Of a stretch of 62,033 nt of DNA, positions 55,346 through 62,033 are shown one piece after another. The DNA is from a virus. Taxonomy: Duplodnaviria > Caudoviricetes. Where the stretch lies: positions 1 through 62,033 of IMG/VR virus record IMGVR_UViG_3300043777_000073. One strand, given 5' to 3'. Position 1 is the stretch's first letter, and the number at the start of each line of letters is the position of its first letter. The notes below the pieces were generated by a model. The model saw only the letters and a list, made by a program, of their open reading frames with translations. It was not told the DNA's origin and made no database searches. The position numbers were made by a program, and so were the translations under genes.

Positions 55346-55464
55346 CGTACGAAGCCATCGCCGAGAAGCTCGGCTGCTCGATGCAGCTCGTGCAGCAGAT
55401 CGAAAAGCGGGCGCTCAAGAAGCTGCGCAAGGTCTGGCTCGCGCGCTATGGGTCGCCGCGGTGA
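55342..55464 (+). CDS. 40-aa stand-alone sigma70 region 4-like HTH
   Basis: Hand translation MTYEAIAEKLGCSMQLVQQIEKRALKKLRKVWLARYGSPR; coupled on both sides. Confidence 0.65.
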   Translation: MTYEAIAEKLGCSMQLVQQIEKRALKKLRKVWLARYGSPR

Positions 55465-55652
55465 TCTCGCCCATCGTCGCCGTCTGCTCGGACCCGGAGT
55501 GCGTGAACAACGCAAACTCGAAGCAGACGCCTTGCTGCGTGGTCTGCGGCAAATGCGGCGATCACTCCCACGCGTCGTGCGAATCGCTCGACAACACGGT
55601 GCACGGAAACCCGAACTGGAGTCCGCAGTAGCCTGCTGCTAGGGTCGGCCGA

Positions 55653-56414
55653 ATGCTAGCTGCCGCCAGGATGCTCGTCGCCTCGCTCTCGCTGCACCTC
55701 GGGGTCGTCCCCGCGCCATCGGTCGCGGAGGCCATCGCGCGGACGGTCGCCGCCGAGGTCGCGCCGGTCCTGGGTTCGCACGCGCTCGACGCGGCGCTCC
55801 TTCTCACGTACTGCAAGGGCGAGACACGGTGTGCCGACGTCACCCCCGCCGGCGACGGCGGCCAGGCGCAAGGCCCCTGGCAGCTTCACGGCCCGTGCAA
55901 CACCGAGCCCATCGCCAAGCAGGCCGTCTGCTGGCTCAGGATTGCCGCCTGGAGCGTCAAGGCCTGCGCCGCCCTGCCGGAGCCAGAGCGGCTCGCCGCG
56001 CTTGCCTCGGGCAACTGCGGGCACGGGCACGTCATCAGCCGCACCCGCTGGCATGAGGCCGTGGCCGCGCTAAAAAACGTACTCGGTAGGAGGGATCGCG
56101 AGATGTGCACGTTCTCAATGGTGGTCGATCAGATTGGGCCATTCATCCCCGATATCGACCCGACGTGGCGGCCGCCGCCGACCATTCCGGTCTTTACGCC
56201 GAACAGCGTCTCGCCATACTCGATCGAACAGATCGAAGAGTGGCGCAGGTTCTTCGAGGACGCGAAGGCCAAGCTAGAAGCAGCCAAGGCGGAAGACGCG
56301 GCCGCCGGGACGCCGGACTGCACGGACCCGAGCAAGGCGCCCATCCTCGAGCGGCTCGCGGAAATGGAACGCCGACTCGCAGCAATCGAAAAGGCCGTAG
56401 GCCTGAAAGGATGA
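55653..56414 (+). CDS. hypothetical protein (lysozyme-like N-terminus possible; may be two fused genes, second start 56103)
   Basis: ET...GDGGQAQGPWQLH; internal AGGAGG before MCTFSMVVD. Confidence 0.5.
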   Translation: MLAAARMLVASLSLHLGVVPAPSVAEAIARTVAAEVAPVLGSHALDAALLLTYCKGETRCADVTPAGDGGQAQGPWQLHGPCNTEPIAKQAVCWLRIAAWSVKACAALPEPERLAALASGNCGHGHVISRTRWHEAVAALKNVLGRRDREMCTFSMVVDQIGPFIPDIDPTWRPPPTIPVFTPNSVSPYSIEQIEEWRRFFEDAKAKLEAAKAEDAAAGTPDCTDPSKAPILERLAEMERRLAAIEKAVGLKG

Positions 56415-56417
56415 CCC

Positions 56418-56660
56418 ATGCACTATCGAAACGGACGTGAAGCCAAGAACGGGGACCAGATCGTTTCACTCGGACCCGACGGCAAGGTGCTCGGTGTCGG
56501 TATTCTCTACAACGCCGTGGCCGGCAACGACTACTGCAATGGGGCACTGGCGCTGATTCCGGGTCCCACGTACGCCTGCCTGGTCGACGCGTTGCACGTG
56601 GACGACCTCGCAGCGCTGCTCGCCGAAAAGGGACTCGACAAGCGACCTGCCGGAAAGTGA
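56418..56660 (+). CDS. hypothetical protein
   Basis: MHYRNGREAKNGD...GNDYCNG; AGGA RBS. Confidence 0.7.
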   Translation: MHYRNGREAKNGDQIVSLGPDGKVLGVGILYNAVAGNDYCNGALALIPGPTYACLVDALHVDDLAALLAEKGLDKRPAGK

Positions 56661-56817
56661 TCCTCACGCACGGCCAAGATTGTCCACGCTGCGGAGGCAA
56701 GGCGGCGATCATCGTCGTCTTGCGCCGGGCGTGGTGCATCCAGCGGATCGCCTTCGGCGGCTGCGGCTCCTTCTGGCAGAACGGCAGACTCATTCGAGAC
56801 GACCGGAGGGACTACGC

Positions 56818-57483
56818 ATGACCGACTACAGCGCAGGGCCAGCGCCCGAAGGCCTCTGGATTGACGTCGACTTCGTGCTGACGCCTCCGAAGCTCACGGC
56901 GCTCAAGGCCTACGTACACCCGCAGCACGGGCCTGTGCTCGGTATCTTCGGCTACTCGGAGCTGCCGAGCGAGACGGTCGACGGCACCGTGTGGACCGCG
57001 CAAAGCCTGGCCGACGCGACCGGCGAAGGTTTCGCGTGCGGCTGGATACAGCACCCGCTCTATCCCAACTGGGTTCCGTCGGAGAACCTTGGGGCCATCC
57101 ACGAGGAGCACGCGAGCGCCTACGCGGCCTCGGTGGGCTTCCCTGGCTCGATGCATGGTGGTCTCGACGTCGAGGGCGCAGGCGCACCATCGTATGGCTA
57201 CGCGGTCACGTGGGCGACCAATCGGGTCCAGCGCGGGGGAGGGTGCCTCGGATACCACGGCTACAAGCTCGGGATGTCCCTGGAGCAATTCGCAGCCATG
57301 GCGAACGTCACCAGCTACTGGCGCGCGCTCAACTCGCCGCCGCTACCTGGCCTGCGAGGGGATGCTGTCATCCAGCTTTACCCGAGCGTTACGATCCCTG
57401 GCGTGGGCGAAGTGGACCTCGACCTCGTTGCGAAAGACGCAAGAGGCGAGCTGCCGCTCGTCTGCTCGAAGCTCGCCGCCTAG
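56818..57483 (+). CDS. putative endolysin (DUF1906 / GH25-like glycoside hydrolase)
   Basis: GGAGG RBS; IDVD...A..VGFP.....LDVEG...GYHG...YW...IQ pattern. Confidence 0.55.
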   Translation: MTDYSAGPAPEGLWIDVDFVLTPPKLTALKAYVHPQHGPVLGIFGYSELPSETVDGTVWTAQSLADATGEGFACGWIQHPLYPNWVPSENLGAIHEEHASAYAASVGFPGSMHGGLDVEGAGAPSYGYAVTWATNRVQRGGGCLGYHGYKLGMSLEQFAAMANVTSYWRALNSPPLPGLRGDAVIQLYPSVTIPGVGEVDLDLVAKDARGELPLVCSKLAA

Positions 57484-57494
57484 CTCACCACACC

Positions 57495-57546
57495 CGAAAC
57501 GACAGCGCCGCTGGCCCTCACCGGGTCGGCGGCGATTCGTCGTTTG
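57495..57546. terminator. long imperfect hairpin between convergent operons
   Basis: aaacgac..cgccgctggccc-tcacc-gggtcggcggcg..gtcgttt. Confidence 0.65.
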
Positions 57547-57591
57547 TGGGCGCCAGCTGGAGCCTGGCGCGCAGCGTGTCGCGCAGCGTCC

Positions 57592-57963
57592 CTACACACT
57601 GCGCAGCGAGAGACTGTCGTAACCGCTCAAGAGATTGAGGCTCACCGCATCGAGAACGTTGCTCGGGTAGTCCTTCTCCTGCTTATTGAAAATACGATTC
57701 GCCTCCTTTGACAGAGCTTCGCGAATCAGTTTTCGCTCATACTCCCGACCAGCCAGAAACATCGGGTCGTGGTCGCGTTCCCACGTCTGACACGTTGGGC
57801 AAATAAGCTCTGGGGGAGGCGGCATGGGCCCCACGTATGTGGTGCGCGGGAACTTGTCGTCGGCCGACCGCTTCGACTCCTTGTCTCCACACACCGGGAA
57901 CGCAGCGTGACCGTCGTAGACATGCAGCAGTTTGCCAGCGTAAATCTGTTCCCATCCAAGCAT
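57592..57963 (-). CDS. hypothetical protein
   Basis: AAGGA upstream; MLGWEQIYAG... Confidence 0.6.
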   Translation of the reverse strand: MLGWEQIYAGKLLHVYDGHAAFPVCGDKESKRSADDKFPRTTYVGPMPPPPELICPTCQTWERDHDPMFLAGREYERKLIREALSKEANRIFNKQEKDYPSNVLDAVSLNLLSGYDSLSLRSV

Positions 57964-58021
57964 CGTCGTCACCATTCCTTCGGTCCGCGGCCACAAGCGC
58001 GCAGCGTCGCGCCGTTGTTCC

Positions 58022-58252
58022 CTACCATCTATGACCGTTGTTTCCGTCCAGATGCTGACCTTCGTGGCCACGGAGCAGTGAGCATTCCCACACTCCGTCC
58101 GGGTCATCCGGGATGCCGTTCAGGACAGAATCGCACCCTCCGTGCGCCTTCGCGGCAGCGGCCCACTCGTGGGCGCACGGATGGCACATGCCGTCATCGT
58201 CGTAGCCGTCATCCACTTCGTAATATTCTCCGCAATCTTCACACTCGGGCAT
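58022..58252 (-). CDS. small Cys/His-rich protein
   Basis: GGAGG RBS; CxxC pairs and C...GHEGQH. Confidence 0.65.
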   Translation of the reverse strand: MPECEDCGEYYEVDDGYDDDGMCHPCAHEWAAAAKAHGGCDSVLNGIPDDPDGVWECSLLRGHEGQHLDGNNGHRW

Positions 58253-58307
58253 CGGGGACCTCCGTCCACAAGCAGGACGCGCGCACTCCCGCGCGTTTCG
58301 TCCTTAC

Positions 58308-59519
58308 TCAACCCTTCACGCAGACGACGCCCTTGAGCGTGTGCACGACCTCCACGAGGTCGGCCTGGGCCGCCATGACGTCGTCCACGTTCTTGTAGGC
58401 GCGCGGGCTCTCGTCGATGACGTCGGCATCCTTCCGACAGACTACGCCAGCGGTGTCCGCCTCGTGCATCGCGAGCGTGATTTGCTTCTTGGCCGCACCG
58501 CGGCTCATTACCCGCCCTGCGCCGTGGCTGCACGTGTGGAAGCTGTCCGCGTTGCCCTTACCGCGCACGATGAACGACTTGGCGCCCATGCTCCCAGGGA
58601 TAATGCCCAACTGTCCAGCGCGAGCGCTCACGGCCCCTTTGCGCGTGATCCAAAGGCTCTCGCCGAAGTGGGCCTCGCGGCTCACGTAGTTGTGATGGCA
58701 TTCAACCGCTTCGGGGCCGACCACGGCGAACCTCGTCTCGCCAAAGAGCCTAGACATTACGGCGACGGCCGATGCCATCATCGATCGCCGGTTCTCGTGC
58801 GCATACTCCTGAGCCCAGGCGACCGCATCGACGTAGGCCGAAAACTCCGGCGTGCTTTCAGGGAGCCACGCGAGGTCACGATTCGGGAGCGTGATGCCGT
58901 CCGACTCGCACCGCTTCTTGGCGAGCGCGATGAAGTGCGACCCGATCGCGTTCCCGACGCCACGCGAGCCCGAGTGCAACATGAGCCAAACGCGGTCCGT
59001 CTCGTCCAGACAGACCTCGACGAAGTGATTGCCTGTCCCGAGCGTCCCGAGCTGCCTGGGCGCCCTGTCGGCCGCTCGCGGCATGCCGATGCGCTCGAAG
59101 CCGGGAGCCATCGTAGCCCAGCGTGCGGCCACTTCGGTGGGAACAGTACCCCACGCACCGCGGTCGTTCGCGCCACCATTGTCGGATCGCCCGTGCGGAA
59201 TGGCCTCTTCCAGCGCCTCGAAGACGGCCCGCGCATCGTCGCCCAGGTCCGTGCTCGTGAGCGTGGTCGGAGACGCCGCCATGCCGCACCCAAGGTCGAC
59301 GCCTACGCAAGCCGGCACGATGGCCCCTCGCGTCGGCACGACACTGCCTACGGTCGCACCCATGCCCCAGTGCACGTCGGGCATGACCGCGACGTGCGGC
59401 CACACAATCGGGAGGCTAGCCGTTTCGATGAGCTGTTTACGCGCGACGTCTTCGACTGGCACGCCACGCACCCATGCCTTCACCGGCACCATTCCTCCGT
59501 CGATGGTCTCATACGTCAT
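58308..59519 (-). CDS. rtcB: RtcB RNA ligase
   Basis: MPDVHWGMGATVG, VGVDLGCG, LGTLGTGNHF, HSGSRG, CHHNY, RKGA, PGSMG, SHGAGR, DESPRAYK; AGGAG RBS. Confidence 0.96.
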   Translation of the reverse strand: MTYETIDGGMVPVKAWVRGVPVEDVARKQLIETASLPIVWPHVAVMPDVHWGMGATVGSVVPTRGAIVPACVGVDLGCGMAASPTTLTSTDLGDDARAVFEALEEAIPHGRSDNGGANDRGAWGTVPTEVAARWATMAPGFERIGMPRAADRAPRQLGTLGTGNHFVEVCLDETDRVWLMLHSGSRGVGNAIGSHFIALAKKRCESDGITLPNRDLAWLPESTPEFSAYVDAVAWAQEYAHENRRSMMASAVAVMSRLFGETRFAVVGPEAVECHHNYVSREAHFGESLWITRKGAVSARAGQLGIIPGSMGAKSFIVRGKGNADSFHTCSHGAGRVMSRGAAKKQITLAMHEADTAGVVCRKDADVIDESPRAYKNVDDVMAAQADLVEVVHTLKGVVCVKG

Positions 59520-59586
59520 CGCAGTCCGCTCCTTTCGGTCATGTCGAAATGCCTCGCGCGCAGCGTAGGCGCGATTGTGACTACCT

Positions 59587-59844
59587 TCACGCCCTCGCGT
59601 CGTCATGAATGCGACGCAGGCGCCCTAGCGCGGCAAGGCTCGCTCGACCGAGTTTGACAGCCAGGTCCACCGTCGCCTCTTCGGCGCTCTTGCCCTTGCC
59701 GACCGCAATGGGCGACTCAGACCGAGGCGACAGCTCGGCTCGATAGAACTCGCTCGTCTCGTCTGGCACCGACACGAGCACGCTCGTCGGGAGCCTGCAC
59801 ACGCCATCGTATCCGTCGTTTTCGCACGCCTCTTGAGTGTTCAT
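59587..59844 (-). CDS. hypothetical protein
   Basis: AAGGAG RBS. Confidence 0.6.
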   Translation of the reverse strand: MNTQEACENDGYDGVCRLPTSVLVSVPDETSEFYRAELSPRSESPIAVGKGKSAEEATVDLAVKLGRASLAALGRLRRIHDDARA

Positions 59845-60066
59845 TGTCTTCGTCTCCTTCTGTTTCGGTTGATTGCTAGAAGTCCGCGCGCACTCCCGCG
59901 CCGTTGTTGTCTACGTTGAGCGACACCGAAAGCGACCGGCGAGGCCGAGCACCCTCGCATCCACCGGGTTCAAAGTCCCGATGCTCCGGCTCCCGATTCG
60001 CCAGCCCACCGACGTCATCGTGGGTCCAGACCCTCAGACTTGAGCTACGGCCGCTTTCGATGCCGC

Positions 60067-60330
60067 TCACTTGCTTGGCTCCTCATCCCCGAGCCCATCG
60101 GTCGCGTTGCGCAATGTTGCTTCGTCTGGTGGCGGGAACCAACAGAAGTCGCACGCATCGGGGAGATTGTCGTACGCGCCAAGACACCGCCCTCGAACAC
60201 GCCAGCAGATGGCACACCGGAAACGATGAACGACTTTGCATTTGCAGTCGTGCGCATGGGGCACGGGTCGACCTTGGTGAAACCGTATCGGCTGCACTCG
60301 GTCTGCTGGTCTGATTGCCTCAAGGTTCAT
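60067..60330 (-). CDS. Cys-rich hypothetical protein
   Basis: GGAGG RBS in the junction arm. Confidence 0.55.
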   Translation of the reverse strand: MNLEAIRPADRVQPIRFHQGRPVPHAHDCKCKVVHRFRCAICWRVRGRCLGAYDNLPDACDFCWFPPPDEATLRNATDGLGDEEPSK

Positions 60331-60574
60331 GTGCCCCGTCCTCCCTCGCGCGCATCACTTCGGGGATGCTCCGTACCTTCGATGCCGTTCTCGGTCCGCG
60401 TCGCGGCACATGCGGTCAAGTCGCTTCACGGCCGCCCGATACTTCTTCCCACCCTTGTAGTGGAGCATCGTGCGCCAAAGCACACGAACGCGGTACGCGC
60501 GCTCCGGCCTGGGCAAGCTCCACTCATTCACGGCGTTCCGTTCTCCCTCGCGCGCACTCCCGCGCGTTTCGTCC

Positions 60575-60781
60575 TTACTTTTCACCACGTGCAATCAAGA
60601 TGACGTCGGCAACGAGTAGCGGTCGCTGCCACTTTCCTTTTTGGCCGAGTCCGTTCTCGCGTGTGAATCGGTAGCTGCCGCAATTCGAGCAGTCTTCGCG
60701 CGCCATACTGCCGAAGCCGAACGCGACCATGGGCTTCGGGTGACGACATCGCGCGAGACGCAGCACGGCGGTATGAATCAT
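60575..60781 (-). CDS. hypothetical protein
   Basis: ATGA-coupled; CxH and CxxC. Confidence 0.5.
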   Translation of the reverse strand: MIHTAVLRLARCRHPKPMVAFGFGSMAREDCSNCGSYRFTRENGLGQKGKWQRPLLVADVILIARGEK

Positions 60782-61212
60782 CGGCGTCCCATCACGTCGA
60801 GCGACGAAGCCTCATCGAAAACGCCCGCAGAAGTGTTTGGCTCCGTCTTCGCTTCCGAAAGCCTCCGCGCCTCATTCACAAGGCTGTAGGTCTTGTCGCA
60901 CTCGGCACAATGCTCGACGCACGAGACGCCGGGGCATGTGCATCCGAGCGCGTACTGGTCGAGTCGTGCAATTGTCCGCGCGAGCATCGTACGCAAGGCG
61001 TCGCCGTACTGTTTCTGCGCGTCGGCAATCACCGTCCAGCGGTTCCGAGCCTTCGTCATCTCTTCGAGATCGGCTTCCGCCCTAGCGAGCCTTGCGCGAC
61101 TCTCGATTAGCCGCGTCTCGGTGCCGGCTAGAAGCTCTGGGCAGAACGCCTGGTGTTCGACGCCGAGCGCTGTCTTACGCCCGCCGCACGCATCGCAAAC
61201 GAGGTAGCTCAT
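60778..61212 (-). CDS. hypothetical zinc-finger / coiled-coil protein
   Basis: ATGA-coupled. Confidence 0.55.
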   Translation of the reverse strand: MSYLVCDACGGRKTALGVEHQAFCPELLAGTETRLIESRARLARAEADLEEMTKARNRWTVIADAQKQYGDALRTMLARTIARLDQYALGCTCPGVSCVEHCAECDKTYSLVNEARRLSEAKTEPNTSAGVFDEASSLDVMGRR

Positions 61213-61460
61213 GGCAACGGCTCCCATCGTCCAGGCAGCCAGTGAAGCGCCTCTCCGATGCCCCAATTCTTCCAATGCTCATCGCACCTGAGCGAGCGAA
61301 CTATCACGCGACCGCTTCGCGTTCGACGATGCCTCGTAGGCCTCTGAGGGCAACGTCCGCCGCCACTCTCATGCTGGCATCGGCGGTGCTCAGTTTCGGT
61401 ATGCGGGGTATCGACGCCGCACACGGGGCATGAAAACGTACCTGTCGGAACTGCACTCAT
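61209..61460 (-). CDS. hypothetical protein
   Basis: GGAGG RBS; CPVCG.DTPH. Confidence 0.55.
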   Translation of the reverse strand: MSAVPTGTFSCPVCGVDTPHTETEHRRCQHESGGGRCPQRPTRHRRTRSGRVIVRSLRCDEHWKNWGIGEALHWLPGRWEPLP

Positions 61461-61519
61461 GTCGCCTCCGTTTGCCATTGTCCTATCACCCCTCGCGCGC
61501 AGCGTATCGTCGATCATTC

Positions 61520-61981
61520 CTACGTCTTCGCTGGAAAATACACATGTCCGCTATGGTGTGCTTCGCCAGTTCGTTCGCATTCTCCGCACGAAATGTGCTC
61601 GCCATTTTTGACAGCATCGGCCAACGCGCGAGGATGCTGCATCGCAGGTTGTTCACGAAGCCACTCAACAATGCGTAAGCGTTCGGCCCGCAGCCTCACC
61701 ACTTCATCGCGAAGCTCCTCGGCGAGCGCGTCCCATTCGATTCCGCGCCGGTCGTCCAACGCGAGACATCGGTCAGCCATCTCGACGCAATCGAGAATTT
61801 CGACGATCCCGCCTTCGCACTCGTCGCACCCGTCGCCCATACATTCGGGGCACTCGGAGGCGATGGCGTCGCAGTGCTTGCACTGAAGGTGCTCGCCGTC
61901 GTCCGTGCGAATCTCGGTACACCAGTGGTGCTTCTGGCCCACGCACTCAGAGCATCGCTTGCAATCGGTCATTTCCTTCAC
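61520..61981 (-). CDS. Cys-rich hypothetical protein
   Basis: Multiple CxxC; GGAGGTG/AAGGA RBS. Confidence 0.6.
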   Translation of the reverse strand: MKEMTDCKRCSECVGQKHHWCTEIRTDDGEHLQCKHCDAIASECPECMGDGCDECEGGIVEILDCVEMADRCLALDDRRGIEWDALAEELRDEVVRLRAERLRIVEWLREQPAMQHPRALADAVKNGEHISCGECERTGEAHHSGHVYFPAKT

Positions 61982-62033
61982 CTCCTAGAAGTCCGCGCGC
62001 ATCACTTCGGGCTTGAATCCGACATTGACGCCT

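Larger units (their letters stand above)
58278..62011 (-). repeat. dispersed gene-junction repeat family with TGCGCGCG core
   Basis: Cores at 58278, 59555, 59885, 60347, 60549, 61494 and 61994; 31-bp identity between 58278-58308 and 60549-60579. Confidence 0.8.

Noticed and set aside
58255-58312. Hammerhead ribozyme after rtcB (GGAC-GAAA-CGCGCG-loop-CGCGCG-UC on the minus strand)
   Set aside because: A stem III and GUC are present but I find no CUGANGA core, and the second copy at 60549 lacks the GUC.
57567-62011. Classical integron attC sites
   Set aside because: No consistent RYYYAAC...GTTRRRY ends and no integrase in the window.
1-62033. Complete circular genome, terminal repeats, tRNA genes, integrase/att site
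   Set aside because: The ends do not join (the methyltransferase C-terminus is missing), and I recognised no tRNA, integrase or replication genes by eye. Lifestyle cannot be assigned.

Overview
A GC-rich, nearly continuous piece of a tailed-phage (or prophage) genome with Mu-like head genes and a contractile tail. It is incomplete at both ends: it starts inside a DNA methyltransferase gene, and I see no integrase, helicase or polymerase. Layout: leftward early genes (1-6.6 kb), rightward early/middle genes (6.7-15.6 kb), terminase (15.9-17.7 kb), an inserted accessory block (17.7-21.3 kb), portal/head/tail/baseplate (21.4-49.4 kb), fibre, membrane and lysis genes (49.4-57.5 kb), and a leftward run of small genes including rtcB (57.6-62 kb). 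One lipoprotein suggests a myxobacterial host (inference). The main result is two solitary Cas7/RAMP-like genes, each beside a ribbon-helix-helix gene and non-coding tracts with strict 5-nt periodicity (semi-conserved triplet plus variable dinucleotide), with more orphan tracts nearby. Reading only the dinucleotides in antisense and skipping every third target base gives near-matches to codon positions 1-2 of neighbouring genes. This suggests an RNA-guided system using a gapped, wobble-skipping code. It resembles the VIPR systems I recall being reported recently, so novelty needs checking. Also notable: an HNH gene nested in another frame inside a still-open methyltransferase ORF, and a cassette-like gene array punctuated by a TGCGCGCG core with reshuffled flanks. 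All protein calls are motif recognition by eye; no searches were run.
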